Assembly: GCA_963708025.1 (NCBI GenBank)
Contig: CAVPSB010000016.1
Location: 32,001-96,000, forward strand
From: an uncultured Candidatus Rokubacteria bacterium
Lineage (GTDB): Bacteria > Methylomirabilota > Methylomirabilia > Rokubacteriales > DASRDR01
Direction: 5' to 3'
Length of the DNA stretch: 64,000 bases
Positions within the stretch are counted from its first letter, which is position 1; each line of letters starts with the position of its first letter. This document shows, piece by piece, positions 44,851 to 54,787 of this stretch. The position numbers and the translations under genes were made by a program. The notes beneath the pieces were generated by a model. The model worked only from the letters and a program-made list of their open reading frames with translations. It did no database searches and was not told the DNA's origin.

Positions 44851-45894
44851 CTACGGGCCGGCCGGTGGCATTCGGCCGGGACGATCCGTCGCTCCCTTCC
44901 GGCGCGCGGCGTAGCCGTGCGCCCAGAACCAGTCCACCGCGTCACGGAGCGCCTCGTCGACGGGCGTCTGGGGGAGGCCGAGCTCCCGGATCGCCTTGGC
45001 CGGATCGAAGAACATCCGCTTCGCCGCCATCCGCACCGCCGTGCGGGAGGCGAGCGGCTCGCGGCCGCTCACCCGCGAGACGCCCTCGAGGACGGCGGCG
45101 ATGGCGAGCGCCGCGCCGTGCGGGAGCCGGACCCGGGGCGCCGGGATGCCGGCGTAGGGCGCGAGCTGCTGGAAGATCGTGGGGAGCCCGAGGTTCCCCG
45201 CCCCGTGCCCCAAGATGTAGCGCTCCCCCACGCGCCCTCGCTCCGCCGCCTGGATGTGGCCGCGGGCCACGTCCCGCACGTGAACGAGGTTCAGGCCGGT
45301 GTCGAGGTAGGCGAGCATCCGGCCCCGGAGGTAGTCGACGAGCATCTTGCCGGTCGGCGTCGGCTTCCAGTCCCACGGCCCGATCGGCGCCGAGGGATTC
45401 ACGATGACCACCGGGAGGCCACGGGCAGCGGCCGCCTCCGCCTCCCGCTCGGCCAGGAACTTGGAGCGCTTGTAGTCGCCCACCATGTCGGCCAGCGCCA
45501 CCGGTGTCGTCTCGGTGCCGGGCGTCCCGTCCGCCGGGATACCGAGCGTCCCGACGCTGGAGGTGTAGACGATCCGCGAGACACCCGCTGACTCGGCGGC
45601 CGCCAGCAGCGCCCGGGTGCCGTCGACGTTCACCCGGTAGAGCAGCGACGGATCGGGCGCCCAGAGCCGATAGTCGGCTGCCACGTGGTACAGCACCCGC
45701 ACGCCGGCCAGGGCGGCCGGCAGGGAGGCCGGATCGAGCAGGTCGCCGGCGACCACGTCGACCGGCAGGCCGGCGATGGCCCGCCGGTCGCTCGTGGGCC
45801 GCGCCAGGACCCGCACCCTCACCCCGTCGGCCACCAGCTCGCGCACGAGATTGGCCCCGACGAACCCCGTCCCCCCCGTCACCAGCACCGTCAC
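44851..45894 (-). CDS. hpnA: hopanoid-associated NAD-dependent epimerase/dehydratase
   Basis: TGGTGFVG, HVAADYRLW, YKRSK and KPTPTG motifs. Confidence 0.9.
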   Translation of the reverse strand: MTVLVTGGTGFVGANLVRELVADGVRVRVLARPTSDRRAIAGLPVDVVAGDLLDPASLPAALAGVRVLYHVAADYRLWAPDPSLLYRVNVDGTRALLAAAESAGVSRIVYTSSVGTLGIPADGTPGTETTPVALADMVGDYKRSKFLAEREAEAAAARGLPVVIVNPSAPIGPWDWKPTPTGKMLVDYLRGRMLAYLDTGLNLVHVRDVARGHIQAAERGRVGERYILGHGAGNLGLPTIFQQLAPYAGIPAPRVRLPHGAALAIAAVLEGVSRVSGREPLASRTAVRMAAKRMFFDPAKAIRELGLPQTPVDEALRDAVDWFWAHGYAARRKGATDRPGRMPPAGP

Positions 45895-46022
45895 GCGCCC
45901 ACCCCCCGACCGACTCTATTCACGAAGTCATCATAGCGGCGCGAAGTCTCTCGCCGGACCCGCTCCTCAGAGGAACCCTGACCGCGGACATCATCCGTGG
46001 TTACCGTGTGCGGAAGTTCTCG

Positions 46023-46190
46023 GGTGCGGGGCCGAGGAGCGAGCAGCGCCCACAGGCCGAAGGCCGTCCGACAGACGCAGGGAGTCGCCCACCGGAGGCG
46101 TATACCGCATACGCCGAGGATCGGAGACGACCCCAAAGGCCGAAGGCCGTCCGAACGACGACGCGATGCGACGCTCATCGGGCCCGCACC
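46023..46190 (+). repeat. structured intergenic repeat family A, copy 5
   Basis: GGTGCGGGGCCGA..TCGGGCCCGCACC termini. Confidence 0.9.
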
Positions 46191-46192
46191 AG

Positions 46193-47437
46193 CTAAAACG
46201 GATAGTCGAGGCCGACGAAGACGGCCGGCCCCTCCCGGCTCACGCCGATCTCGATGCGTCCGACGATGCTCGGGGGCGCCAGACCGCGGATCGCGATCCC
46301 CGGAGTCACCTCGAACCCGCTCCCGACGAGCTGGTCCGTCGAGCTGAACACCTTCCCCATGTCCAGGAAGGGCGCGGCCTGGAGCTCCGTCGTCACCCCG
46401 AACAGACGCATGACGAACAGCCGGACCCGACTCTCGAGGTTGGCGAGGACGCGGGCGTCCCCGTAGAAGCGGTTCTGGCTGAACCCCCGGAGGGTCGTGG
46501 CGCCGCCGAGGGTGGGCCGGACCTCGAAAGGAACGTCGCTCCCGGCGCTGATCGCCTCCACCAGCCCCCGGGCGACGAGGACCACGCGCCCTTCCCAGAC
46601 CGGCTGCAGGTACGCCCCTTCGGCGCCCCACTTGATGTAGTCGCTGCTGCTGCCCAGGAGCTCCGCCGACGCTTCCGCGTAGACGGTCAGCGAGACGCCC
46701 CGGGTGGGCGTCGTCTGCGAGTCGCGGTTGTCGTAGGCGAGCGCGACCCGCTGGCTGTGGATGAACGCCCCGTTGACGCCCGGGAGCGTCGGGAAGACGG
46801 TTCCCGTGAACGGCAGCCCCGGGATGCTCCCGCGCAGGACGTCGAACTGCTCCACCGTCTCCGTGAGGGACAGCCGGGTGGTCGGCGTGACGTTGACCCC
46901 GAAGGTCCCGAAGAAGCCCGCGACCTGAAGCGTCATGTTCGTCTCGTTGACCCGCTTCGAGAAGGGCCCCAGGCCGAAGAACCGCACGGTCGAGTCGCGG
47001 TCGAAGAGGAGCTGGACGTCGGAATGGAAGCGCTCGCCGAACAGGGCCAGGTTCCGGTAGTGGAGGTTGAGCCGGCGCTCGATCGTCTCCGAGTACCCTG
47101 CCTCGAAATCGAACCGCTCGCCCACGGTGGGAAATGCGTAGTAGCGGAACGTGCCGGTCCAGCCCCGGAATTCGTTGTAAGTCACCGAGGGGGCGATGAT
47201 GGTGCGCAGCGCCTCGTCCGCCTGGTCCTTCAGGAGGAGGACGGGCAGGACTCCGTAGGTGGCGCCGGCGTTCGGATCGGTGTCGATGGACGGGAGCGGG
47301 ATGAAGGAGTACTCGGCAGCCGCCGTCCGCGGCGGCCACAGCAGCAGGAGGATCAGGAGCGCGAGACCGAGGCGTCTCAGGGCCGGAGCGTCGTGAAGGC
47401 GGCGAGGAAGCGCGCCAGGTGGTCGAGGGCGGTGCAT
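46193..47437 (-). CDS. Omp85/BamA-TamA-type beta-barrel without POTRA domains
   Basis: Signal peptide; YDNRD..PTRG; LGG..LRGF; C-terminal YPF; start uncertain. Confidence 0.75.
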   Translation of the reverse strand: MHRPRPPGALPRRLHDAPALRRLGLALLILLLLWPPRTAAAEYSFIPLPSIDTDPNAGATYGVLPVLLLKDQADEALRTIIAPSVTYNEFRGWTGTFRYYAFPTVGERFDFEAGYSETIERRLNLHYRNLALFGERFHSDVQLLFDRDSTVRFFGLGPFSKRVNETNMTLQVAGFFGTFGVNVTPTTRLSLTETVEQFDVLRGSIPGLPFTGTVFPTLPGVNGAFIHSQRVALAYDNRDSQTTPTRGVSLTVYAEASAELLGSSSDYIKWGAEGAYLQPVWEGRVVLVARGLVEAISAGSDVPFEVRPTLGGATTLRGFSQNRFYGDARVLANLESRVRLFVMRLFGVTTELQAAPFLDMGKVFSSTDQLVGSGFEVTPGIAIRGLAPPSIVGRIEIGVSREGPAVFVGLDYPF

Positions 47438-48162
47438 GACCGGCGCCACGTCCGCCACGCGGCGCCGACGAGAGTGGGGCGGGTGACCCAGCCCAGCACT
47501 GCGGCCGGCCGCAAGCGGCCCGCCGCGTCGATCCCCCGGAGAAGAGCCGGCGGCAGGGTGTCGGCCGGCCCGTCGGCGACCGCGCGCACGGCCAGCGCCG
47601 GCAGCCCTGCCTCCCGAGCCCACCGCAGCACGTGGGCGCTCTCCATGTCGACGGCAAGCGCGCCGTGGGCGCGCCAGCAGTCGGCCTTCGCGCCCGGCGT
47701 CGCCACGATCTCCTCGACCGTGAGGAGCGGGCCCACCCGGTGGTTCAGGCCGGCGCCGGTCAGCGCGGCCAGTGCCCGTTGCTCGAGATCCCTGTCGGGC
47801 GCCAGCCACGTCCGGTCCCCCGCCGAGCCGACCCGGCTGCCCACCAGGATGTCGCCCGTGCTCACGTCGGGCGCGCAGCCACCAGCGAGCCCGGCGACGA
47901 GCACCCCGGAAGGCCGCAGCGCGGTCAGCGCCGGAGCCAGGCGAGGCAGCTCGGCCCCCGCCGGACCGATCCGCTGGAGCACCACGCCGGGCCGGGCAGG
48001 CTCGCCGGCGGGGCCGGGAGGCGAAGACCACCCGGCCAGGCCGAGCCGGCGGGCGAGGAGTCGGGCCTCGAAATCCACGGCGACGACGAGGAGCAGGGGT
48101 CCAGGGCGGGGGGCGGCGGTTACGCTCCGGCCGGACGGCTCAGATCGGGACCTCCCGGCCAC
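47377..48162 (-). CDS. hpnG: hopanoid-associated nucleoside phosphorylase (HpnG-like)
   Basis: GLAGG, AVDMESA and RAVAD motifs; start uncertain. Confidence 0.7.
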   Translation of the reverse strand: MAGRSRSEPSGRSVTAAPRPGPLLLVVAVDFEARLLARRLGLAGWSSPPGPAGEPARPGVVLQRIGPAGAELPRLAPALTALRPSGVLVAGLAGGCAPDVSTGDILVGSRVGSAGDRTWLAPDRDLEQRALAALTGAGLNHRVGPLLTVEEIVATPGAKADCWRAHGALAVDMESAHVLRWAREAGLPALAVRAVADGPADTLPPALLRGIDAAGRLRPAAVLGWVTRPTLVGAAWRTWRRSCTALDHLARFLAAFTTLRP

Positions 48163-48194
48163 CTCCCCAGCTCCCCTCCCCCACTGCCATCTCT

Positions 48195-48560
48195 TCAGCG
48201 CGCGTGATGGTCATCGTGAGCCCGGCCGCCGGCGGCATCGCCGCCCCTCTCCTGCTCCCTCCGCCGGTGCCACGCAGCATACGACCTGCCGGCAGCCATG
48301 TCCTTGCCGGCGAACCGGATCGTCCGGATCTCGGAGTATGGGATCCGGTGGGGGCCGGTCCCGTCGACATCGAACATCTCGATGAAGGGCTCGGCCGCAT
48401 CGGCGTCGCGGTTGAAGAGGTAGCCGTCCAGCGCGCGGCCGTCCACCGTCACCACCGTCGTGTTGCCCCGATAGTCGAAGGCCAGGTCGATGATGCGCCC
48501 GAGGGGCAGCTCCGAGCTCGGCTGGGGCTGCCAGCCCTCGAGCGAGTGCTCCTCCTCCAC
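48195..48560 (-). CDS. hypothetical protein in the hopanoid operon
   Basis: AFDYRGNTT, GYLFNR and FAGKDMAAG segments; lies between hpnH and hpnG. Confidence 0.7.
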   Translation of the reverse strand: MEEEHSLEGWQPQPSSELPLGRIIDLAFDYRGNTTVVTVDGRALDGYLFNRDADAAEPFIEMFDVDGTGPHRIPYSEIRTIRFAGKDMAAGRSYAAWHRRREQERGGDAAGGRAHDDHHAR

Positions 48561-48613
48561 GACCCTAGGTCCCTTGACGCGTCAAAGTCATGGTAGATGA
48601 GTCACGTTTTCGG

Positions 48614-48780
48614 GGGCGGGGCCGAGGAGCGAGCAGCGCCCAAAGGCCGAAGGCCGTCCGAAGGACGCAGGGAGTCGCCCACCGCAGGCGTACTCCGAGT
48701 ACGCCGAGGATCGGAGACGACCCCAAAGGCCGAAGGCCGTCCGAACGACGACGCGATGCGACGCTCATCGGCCCCGCCCG
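48614..48780 (+). repeat. structured intergenic repeat family A, copy 6
   Basis: GGGCGGGGCCGA..TCGGCCCCGCCC termini; abuts the hpnH stop. Confidence 0.9.
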
Positions 48781-49803
48781 CTAGGGGCGCCCGGTCACCG
48801 TCGCCACCACAGTGTCCCGGAATCCCCTCCAGCTCCCGAAGGTCTCGTTCACGGCCGTGGGCTCGAAGCCGCAGTGCACCATGCAGTCCTGGCACTTCGG
48901 GTTCCCACTCCGCCGGCCGTACCGCTCCCACTGCGTCGTCGCCAGGAGCTCCGCGAAGGTCGAGGCGTAGCCCTCCTGCAGGAGGTAGCAGGGGCGTTGC
49001 CAGCCGAACATGTTGAAGGTGGGGTTGCCCCACGGGGTGCAGTCGTACTCGCGCTTGCCCATCAAGAACTGAAGGAAAAGCGGCGACTGGTTGAAGCGCC
49101 AGCCACGCTTCGGGTTCGCGAGGACCCGGGCGAAGAGCTGCTGGGTCTTGGCGCGGCGGAGGAAGTGCTCCTGGTCGGGCGCCTTGGAGTAGCTGTAGCC
49201 GGGGGAGACCATCATCCCCTCGACGCCGAGGCTCACCATCTCGTCGAAGAACTCCCGGACCCGGAGCGGCTGCGCCCCGTCGAACAGCGTCGTGTTGGTG
49301 GTGACGCGAAAGCCTCGGCGGAGCGCTTCCCCGATCGCCTCCACCGCCCGGTCGTACACACCATCCCGGCAAACGGCATCGTCGTGCTCCTCCCGGAGCC
49401 CGTCCATGTGCACGCTGAAGCTCAGATACTTGGAGGGCGTGAAGAGGCCGGCCTCCAGCTTCTCCTTGAGCAGCAGCGCGTTGGTGCAGAGGTAGACGTA
49501 CTTCTTGCGACGGACCAGTTCCTCCACCAGCCGGCCGATCTCGGGATACATGAGGGGCTCGCCCCCCGGGATCGAGACGATGGGCGTCCCGCACTCCTCG
49601 ACGGCCCCCAGGCACTGCTCGACCGTCAGGTGCTTGCGGAGGATCTGGGCCGGGTACTGGATCTTGCCGCAGCCCGCGCAAGCCAGGTTGCAGCGGAACA
49701 GCGGCTCCAGCATGAGGACCAACGGGTAGCGCTTCCGTCCGCGGAGCCGCTGCCTCAGCACGTAGGCAGCCACGGTCCACATCTGGGACACGGGCACACT
49801 CAT
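48781..49803 (-). CDS. hpnH: adenosylhopane radical SAM enzyme
   Basis: LMLEPLFRCNLACAGCGK, CTPWGNPT and CQDCMVHCG motifs. Confidence 0.95.
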   Translation of the reverse strand: MSVPVSQMWTVAAYVLRQRLRGRKRYPLVLMLEPLFRCNLACAGCGKIQYPAQILRKHLTVEQCLGAVEECGTPIVSIPGGEPLMYPEIGRLVEELVRRKKYVYLCTNALLLKEKLEAGLFTPSKYLSFSVHMDGLREEHDDAVCRDGVYDRAVEAIGEALRRGFRVTTNTTLFDGAQPLRVREFFDEMVSLGVEGMMVSPGYSYSKAPDQEHFLRRAKTQQLFARVLANPKRGWRFNQSPLFLQFLMGKREYDCTPWGNPTFNMFGWQRPCYLLQEGYASTFAELLATTQWERYGRRSGNPKCQDCMVHCGFEPTAVNETFGSWRGFRDTVVATVTGRP

Positions 49804-49867
49804 CCATCCACTCCGGAGGCGGGGAAGCGTGAAGCAGACATCACCGCCAGGGCCTTCCCCGACCTCG

Positions 49868-50659
49868 TCAGGCCGGCTCCCCCGCGTAGGGGGCACGTTC
49901 GGAAACAGAAGATGAAGACGCCAGACAGGATACCACGACCGCCGCGAGCGGGAGGTGGGCCGCGACCCCGGCCCAGAACAGCGTCGCCTCCGCCACCATG
50001 GCCGTGACCGTCAGGTTGAAGGCCAGGACGAGGTAGTAGACGGCGACCGGAGCGTAGCGGCGTCCCGGCACACACGCCGCCCAGGCCGGCGGAGCCCCGC
50101 CGAGGCGCGGCTCGACGGCCAGCCAGACCCCGACGATGATCGTGCCGAGCAGGGCCCACCCCGCGAAGTTCGCGAACGGCACCCCGAAATACCAGCCCGG
50201 CTCGGGGTAGTAGAAGATGCGCCCGAGAAACCAGCGGTCCCCCCTGACGGCCAGCGGGTCGATGACCACGTCGAGCCAGGTCATGAGGACGCCGCTCGTC
50301 GCCGCGACCGCCAGGCGCCCCGGCTGGCACCGACCCAGGAGGAGGCGTGCCATCCCCAGGCTGGCGTAGGCCAGGAAGGTGAACGACAGCGGGTCGAAGA
50401 ACGGCACGTTGGCGAGATACAGCTCCCGCCCCCGGGTGATGCCGGTGTAGTGGTAGAGACCGAACGGGACGCCGATCCGCGTCGAGGCCAGCTCGGCTCC
50501 GAGGGCGAGCCCGCCGGCCAGTCCGGTGAAAGCCAGCGCGCGCCGCCAGCCCCGCTCGGCCGCAGCAGCCGCGAGGTAGACGGCGAGGAAGCCGAAGACG
50601 TACGGGCGGAGGAGCAGGCTGCCCCAGAGGAGGGTCGCGGCGCCGGGGGTCTCGGACAT
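49868..50659 (-). CDS. carotenoid-biosynthesis (CruF/DUF422-like) membrane protein
   Basis: G.PFG.Y.Y, WLDVVIDPLA and YFGVPFANFAGW motifs. Confidence 0.75.
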   Translation of the reverse strand: MSETPGAATLLWGSLLLRPYVFGFLAVYLAAAAAERGWRRALAFTGLAGGLALGAELASTRIGVPFGLYHYTGITRGRELYLANVPFFDPLSFTFLAYASLGMARLLLGRCQPGRLAVAATSGVLMTWLDVVIDPLAVRGDRWFLGRIFYYPEPGWYFGVPFANFAGWALLGTIIVGVWLAVEPRLGGAPPAWAACVPGRRYAPVAVYYLVLAFNLTVTAMVAEATLFWAGVAAHLPLAAVVVSCLASSSSVSERAPYAGEPA

Positions 50660-50819
50660 GCTCGTGGCCGAGCATAACGCCCGCGACGCCGGGTGACAAC
50701 CGCCGACAACGCACTGCGTCGTGCCGGAAGTTCGGCAGTCGGGGCGCGAGGTTGGGAATCTCCCACTTCCTCGGCTCCCGGCGCCATGCTACACTACGCG
50801 CGTTCATCCGCTGACGCGC

Positions 50820-52706
50820 ATGCTCGACACGTCGGTCGCCGCAGCTATCCACCGGGCGCAGGACCATCTGCTCGAGCTTCAGGACCCCGCCGGATTCTGG
50901 CTGGGCGAGCTCGAGGCCGACGTCACCATCACATCCGAGTACCTCCTGCTCCGCCACCTTCTCGGCACCCCGGACCCCGCCCTCGAGGCCAAGGCGGTGC
51001 GGTACATCCGGGAGCGCCAGAGCCCCGACGGCTCGTGGAACCTCTACGAGGCCGGCACCGGCGACATCTCGGCCAGCATCAAGGCCTATTTCGCGATGAA
51101 GATGGCCGGGGTCGCCCCCGGCGATGCCGCGATGGTCCGGGCCCGGCAGTGGATCCTCGACCACGGCGGGCCGGTCCAGGCCAACGTTTTCACGAAGATC
51201 ACGCTGGCGCTCTTCGGCCAGTACCCCTGGGGCGGCGTGCCCGCGATGCCCGTCGAGATCATGCTCCTCCCCCGGTGGTCGTACTTCAACATCTACGCGG
51301 TCTCGTACTGGTCACGCACGGTGATCGTTCCGCTCCTTGTCCTCATGGACCGCCGTCCGGTTCACCCCTTGCCCGGCGAGCGGGGTCTCGACGAGCTGTG
51401 GGCCCATCACCTCCACCTGGAGGATCCCTCCTACGCCCGACGGCGCTGGCTCTCCTGGAAGAACGTTTTCATCGGGATGGACGGGTTCGTCAAGGCCTGG
51501 GAGGGCTACGGCCCGCGCCCGTGGCGGCAGCGCGCCATCCGCGCCGCGCACGACTGGCTCGTGCCCCGGCTCTCGGTCCCCGGCGGACTCGGCGGCATCT
51601 ACCCGGCGATGACCAACGCGGTGCTCGCGCTGCGGCTGCTCGGCTACGCCGACGATCACCCGCTCGTCGCCGGTCAGCTCAAGGAGCTGGAAGCCCTCGG
51701 CCTCGAGGAGCCCGAGCGGTTCCACGTGCAGCCGTGTCTGTCGCCGGTGTGGGACACCTGCCTCGCCCTGAACGCGCTCCGTGACTCGGGGTTGCCGGCG
51801 GGGCACCCCGCGCTCGTCCGGGCCACCGACTGGCTGCTCGACCGGCAGATCCTGGAGCCTGGCGACTGGCAGCGGAGCCGCCCGGGACTCGAGCCAGGCG
51901 GCTGGCCGTTCCAGTTCGACAACGATTTCTACCCCGATCTCGACGACACGGCGATGGTGCTGATGGGTATTGCCCAGGTCGACCACCCCGATCCAGCGCG
52001 CCTGCGCCAGGCGGTGGACCGCGGCACGCGCTGGCTCCTGGGCATGCAGGGCCGGGACGGCGGCTGGGGGTCCTTCGACGTGGACCAGACCCGGCTCCAG
52101 CTCAACAACATCCCGTTCGCCGATCACGGAGCCCTCCTCGACCCCGCGACCGAGGACCTGACCGCCCGCTGCCTGGAGTGCTTCGCGCGCCTCGGGATGA
52201 AGACGGACCATCGCGCGATCGAGGCCGGCCTGGCCCTCCTCCGGCGGCGCCAGACCCCGGAGGGTGCCTGGTACGGCCGCTGGGGCGTGAACTACATCTA
52301 CGGCACCTGGTCGGTGCTGCGCGCGCTGGGGGCGGTGGGTCTGCCGTCCGACCACGAGATGGTGCGGCGGGCCGCCGACTGGCTCGAGCGCCGGCAGAAC
52401 CCTGACGGCGGCTGGGGGGAGAGCTGCGATTCCTACACGGACCCGGGTGAGGCCGGCGCCGGCCGCTCCACGCCGAGCCAGACGGCCTGGGCGCTGCTGG
52501 GGCTCTTCGCGGCCGGCCGCGACCGGGGCTCGGCGGTGGAGGGCGGGATCGAGTACCTCGTGCGCGCGCAGCGCGCGGATGGGGGCTGGGACGACGCCTA
52601 CTGGAACGGCACCGGCTTCCCCCGCGTCTTCTACCTGAAGTATCACCTCTACGCCCACTACTTCCCGCTCTGGGCGCTAGGGGTCTGGCGGCAGCGGCGG
52701 CCCTGA
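50820..52706 (+). CDS. shc: squalene-hopene cyclase
   Basis: QW repeats, SPVWDT, YPDLDDTA (DxDD) and GTGFPRVFYL motifs. Confidence 0.96.
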   Translation: MLDTSVAAAIHRAQDHLLELQDPAGFWLGELEADVTITSEYLLLRHLLGTPDPALEAKAVRYIRERQSPDGSWNLYEAGTGDISASIKAYFAMKMAGVAPGDAAMVRARQWILDHGGPVQANVFTKITLALFGQYPWGGVPAMPVEIMLLPRWSYFNIYAVSYWSRTVIVPLLVLMDRRPVHPLPGERGLDELWAHHLHLEDPSYARRRWLSWKNVFIGMDGFVKAWEGYGPRPWRQRAIRAAHDWLVPRLSVPGGLGGIYPAMTNAVLALRLLGYADDHPLVAGQLKELEALGLEEPERFHVQPCLSPVWDTCLALNALRDSGLPAGHPALVRATDWLLDRQILEPGDWQRSRPGLEPGGWPFQFDNDFYPDLDDTAMVLMGIAQVDHPDPARLRQAVDRGTRWLLGMQGRDGGWGSFDVDQTRLQLNNIPFADHGALLDPATEDLTARCLECFARLGMKTDHRAIEAGLALLRRRQTPEGAWYGRWGVNYIYGTWSVLRALGAVGLPSDHEMVRRAADWLERRQNPDGGWGESCDSYTDPGEAGAGRSTPSQTAWALLGLFAAGRDRGSAVEGGIEYLVRAQRADGGWDDAYWNGTGFPRVFYLKYHLYAHYFPLWALGVWRQRRP

Positions 52707-52713
52707 TCCTCCG

Positions 52714-53523
52714 GTGATCGACCGGCCACCGTCGGGCACCGTGTTCGCCTCGATCCTCGATCCGGTCCAGCGGCTCGGCCAGGCGACCCTCGGCGGCCTG
52801 AGCGCGATGGGCCGCTTCGGCATCTTCTTCGGGCAGGCCCTCTTCTACCTGGTCGTCCCGCCGTTCAAGGTCGGCCAGACGCTCTCGCGGATCTCCTTCA
52901 TCGGGGTCCGGTCGATGTCCATCATCCTGCTGACCGGCGCGTTCACCGGGATGGTGCTGGGCCTCCAGGGCGTCCTGATGCTCCGCCGGGTCGGCTCGGA
53001 GGCGTTCGTGGGGCCGGCGGTCGCCGTGTCCCTCGTGCGGGAGCTGGGCCCGGTCCTGTCGGCCCTCATGGTGACCGGGCGCGCCGGCTCGGCGCTGGCC
53101 GCCGAGATCGGCGTCATGCGCATCACCGAGCAGATCGACGCGCTCACCGTCATGGCGCTGAACCCCATGCGGTACCTGGTCGTCCCCACGCTGGTGGCCG
53201 GGGTGATCGCCCTGCCCATCCTGGGTTGGGTCTTCGACAGCGTCGGCATTTTCGGGGGCTACCTGATCGCGGTCAAGCTCTTCGGCCTCTCCGGCGGCAC
53301 CTACTTCGGCCAGATCCAGGCGTTCCTCTCCACCACCGACATCTGGGTCGGCTTCTGGAAGTCGCTGGCGTTCGGGATCGTGATCGCGTGGGTGGCCTGC
53401 TACAAGGGCTTCTACGTCGGGCACGGCGCCGCGGGCGTCGGCCGGGCCACGACGGAGTCGGTCGTCCTGGCGTCGGTGCTGATCTTCCTCCTCGACTACG
53501 TCATGGGCTCCGTGCTGCCGTGA
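52714..53523 (+). CDS. mlaE: MlaE family ABC permease
   Basis: RELGPV..GRAGS..MRITEQIDAL and GVGRATT motifs. Confidence 0.92.
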   Translation: MIDRPPSGTVFASILDPVQRLGQATLGGLSAMGRFGIFFGQALFYLVVPPFKVGQTLSRISFIGVRSMSIILLTGAFTGMVLGLQGVLMLRRVGSEAFVGPAVAVSLVRELGPVLSALMVTGRAGSALAAEIGVMRITEQIDALTVMALNPMRYLVVPTLVAGVIALPILGWVFDSVGIFGGYLIAVKLFGLSGGTYFGQIQAFLSTTDIWVGFWKSLAFGIVIAWVACYKGFYVGHGAAGVGRATTESVVLASVLIFLLDYVMGSVLP

Positions 53524-53527
53524 CCCC

Positions 53528-54328
53528 ATGGTGACGGTAGAGCCCGCCCTCCGCGAGCGCGATCCGTCAGGAGCCGGCGGTGCACCGTCGATCCGGATCG
53601 AGGGCCTGCAGAAGCGCTTCGCCGACCAGCCGGTCCTCCGCGGGGTCGATCTCCACGTCGAGCCCGGCGAGCTGATGGTGGTGATCGGCCGCTCGGGCGG
53701 GGGCAAGTCCGTGCTCCTCCGGCACATCCTCGGGCTCGTCCGCCCCGACGCCGGCCGGATCCTGATCGGGGACCAGGACATCACGACGCTGCGGGGCCGC
53801 GCGCTGGACCAGGTGCGGGAGCAGTTCGGGGTCGTGTTCCAGGGCGGCGCCCTCTTCGACTCGCTCACCGTCCTCCAGAACGTGATGTTCCCGATCAAGG
53901 AGAAGGGCCGGCTCCCCCTGGCCCAGATCGTCCCCCGGGCGCTGGAAGCGCTGGCCCAGGTGGGCCTGGCCGACATGGGCCACAAGTTCCCGGCCGAGAT
54001 CTCGGGCGGCATGCGGAAGCGCGTCGCCATCGCCCGGGCGCTGGTGACGGAGCCGCTGGTGGTGTTCCTCGACGAGCCGACCACCGGCCTCGACCCGATC
54101 CTGGTCAACTCGATCCACCACCTCATCGTGACGCTCCACCGGCGGTTCAACTTCACCGCGATCATGGTCAGCCACGAGATCCCGGAGATCTTTCAAATCT
54201 CCGACCGGGTCGCGGTGCTTCACGACGGTCGCATCCGCCAGGTCGGCCGGCCGGCCGAGATCGAAGGCTCGCCGGACCCGGCCGTCCGGCAGTTCATCCA
54301 GGGCGAGATCGAAACCGAGGTCAGGTAG
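53528..54328 (+). CDS. mlaF: MlaF family ABC ATPase
   Basis: GRSGGGKS, ISGGMRKR and DEPTTGLDP motifs. Confidence 0.92.
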   Translation: MVTVEPALRERDPSGAGGAPSIRIEGLQKRFADQPVLRGVDLHVEPGELMVVIGRSGGGKSVLLRHILGLVRPDAGRILIGDQDITTLRGRALDQVREQFGVVFQGGALFDSLTVLQNVMFPIKEKGRLPLAQIVPRALEALAQVGLADMGHKFPAEISGGMRKRVAIARALVTEPLVVFLDEPTTGLDPILVNSIHHLIVTLHRRFNFTAIMVSHEIPEIFQISDRVAVLHDGRIRQVGRPAEIEGSPDPAVRQFIQGEIETEVR

Positions 54329-54345
54329 CGGGCGGAGGGCGAGGC

Positions 54346-54783
54346 ATGCGCCGCGAGATCGAGATCGGAGTCGGGCTCTTCATGGTAGTCGGCGTCCTCG
54401 CGCTGGCCTACCTCTCGGTCCGGCTCGGGCAGGTGGACCTCTTCGGGACCCGGGGCTACACCGTGTACGCCGACTTTCCGACCGTCGGGGGGCTCAAGAG
54501 CGGCTCGACCGTGGAGATCGCCGGGGTCCGGGTCGGCCGTGTCGAGTCCATCCGCCTCAAGGAGTACCAGGCCCGGGTGGCGATGGAGATCGACAACGGG
54601 GTCGCGCTCCAGTCGGACGCCATCGTCTCCGTGAAGACGAAGGGGCTGATCGGTGAGAAGTTCGTGCAGATCAGCCCCGGGGGCTCGGACAAGCTCGTCC
54701 CCCCCGGCGGCCGGCTCACCGAGGTGGAGTCCCCGGTTGACATCGAGGAGTTGATCTCGAAGTACGTCTTCGGCAGAATCTAG
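54346..54783 (+). CDS. mlaD: MCE-domain protein MlaD
   Basis: VGLF, GLKSGSTVEIAGVRVGRV and GLIGEKFV motifs. Confidence 0.92.
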   Translation: MRREIEIGVGLFMVVGVLALAYLSVRLGQVDLFGTRGYTVYADFPTVGGLKSGSTVEIAGVRVGRVESIRLKEYQARVAMEIDNGVALQSDAIVSVKTKGLIGEKFVQISPGGSDKLVPPGGRLTEVESPVDIEELISKYVFGRI

Positions 54784-54787
54784 GGCC

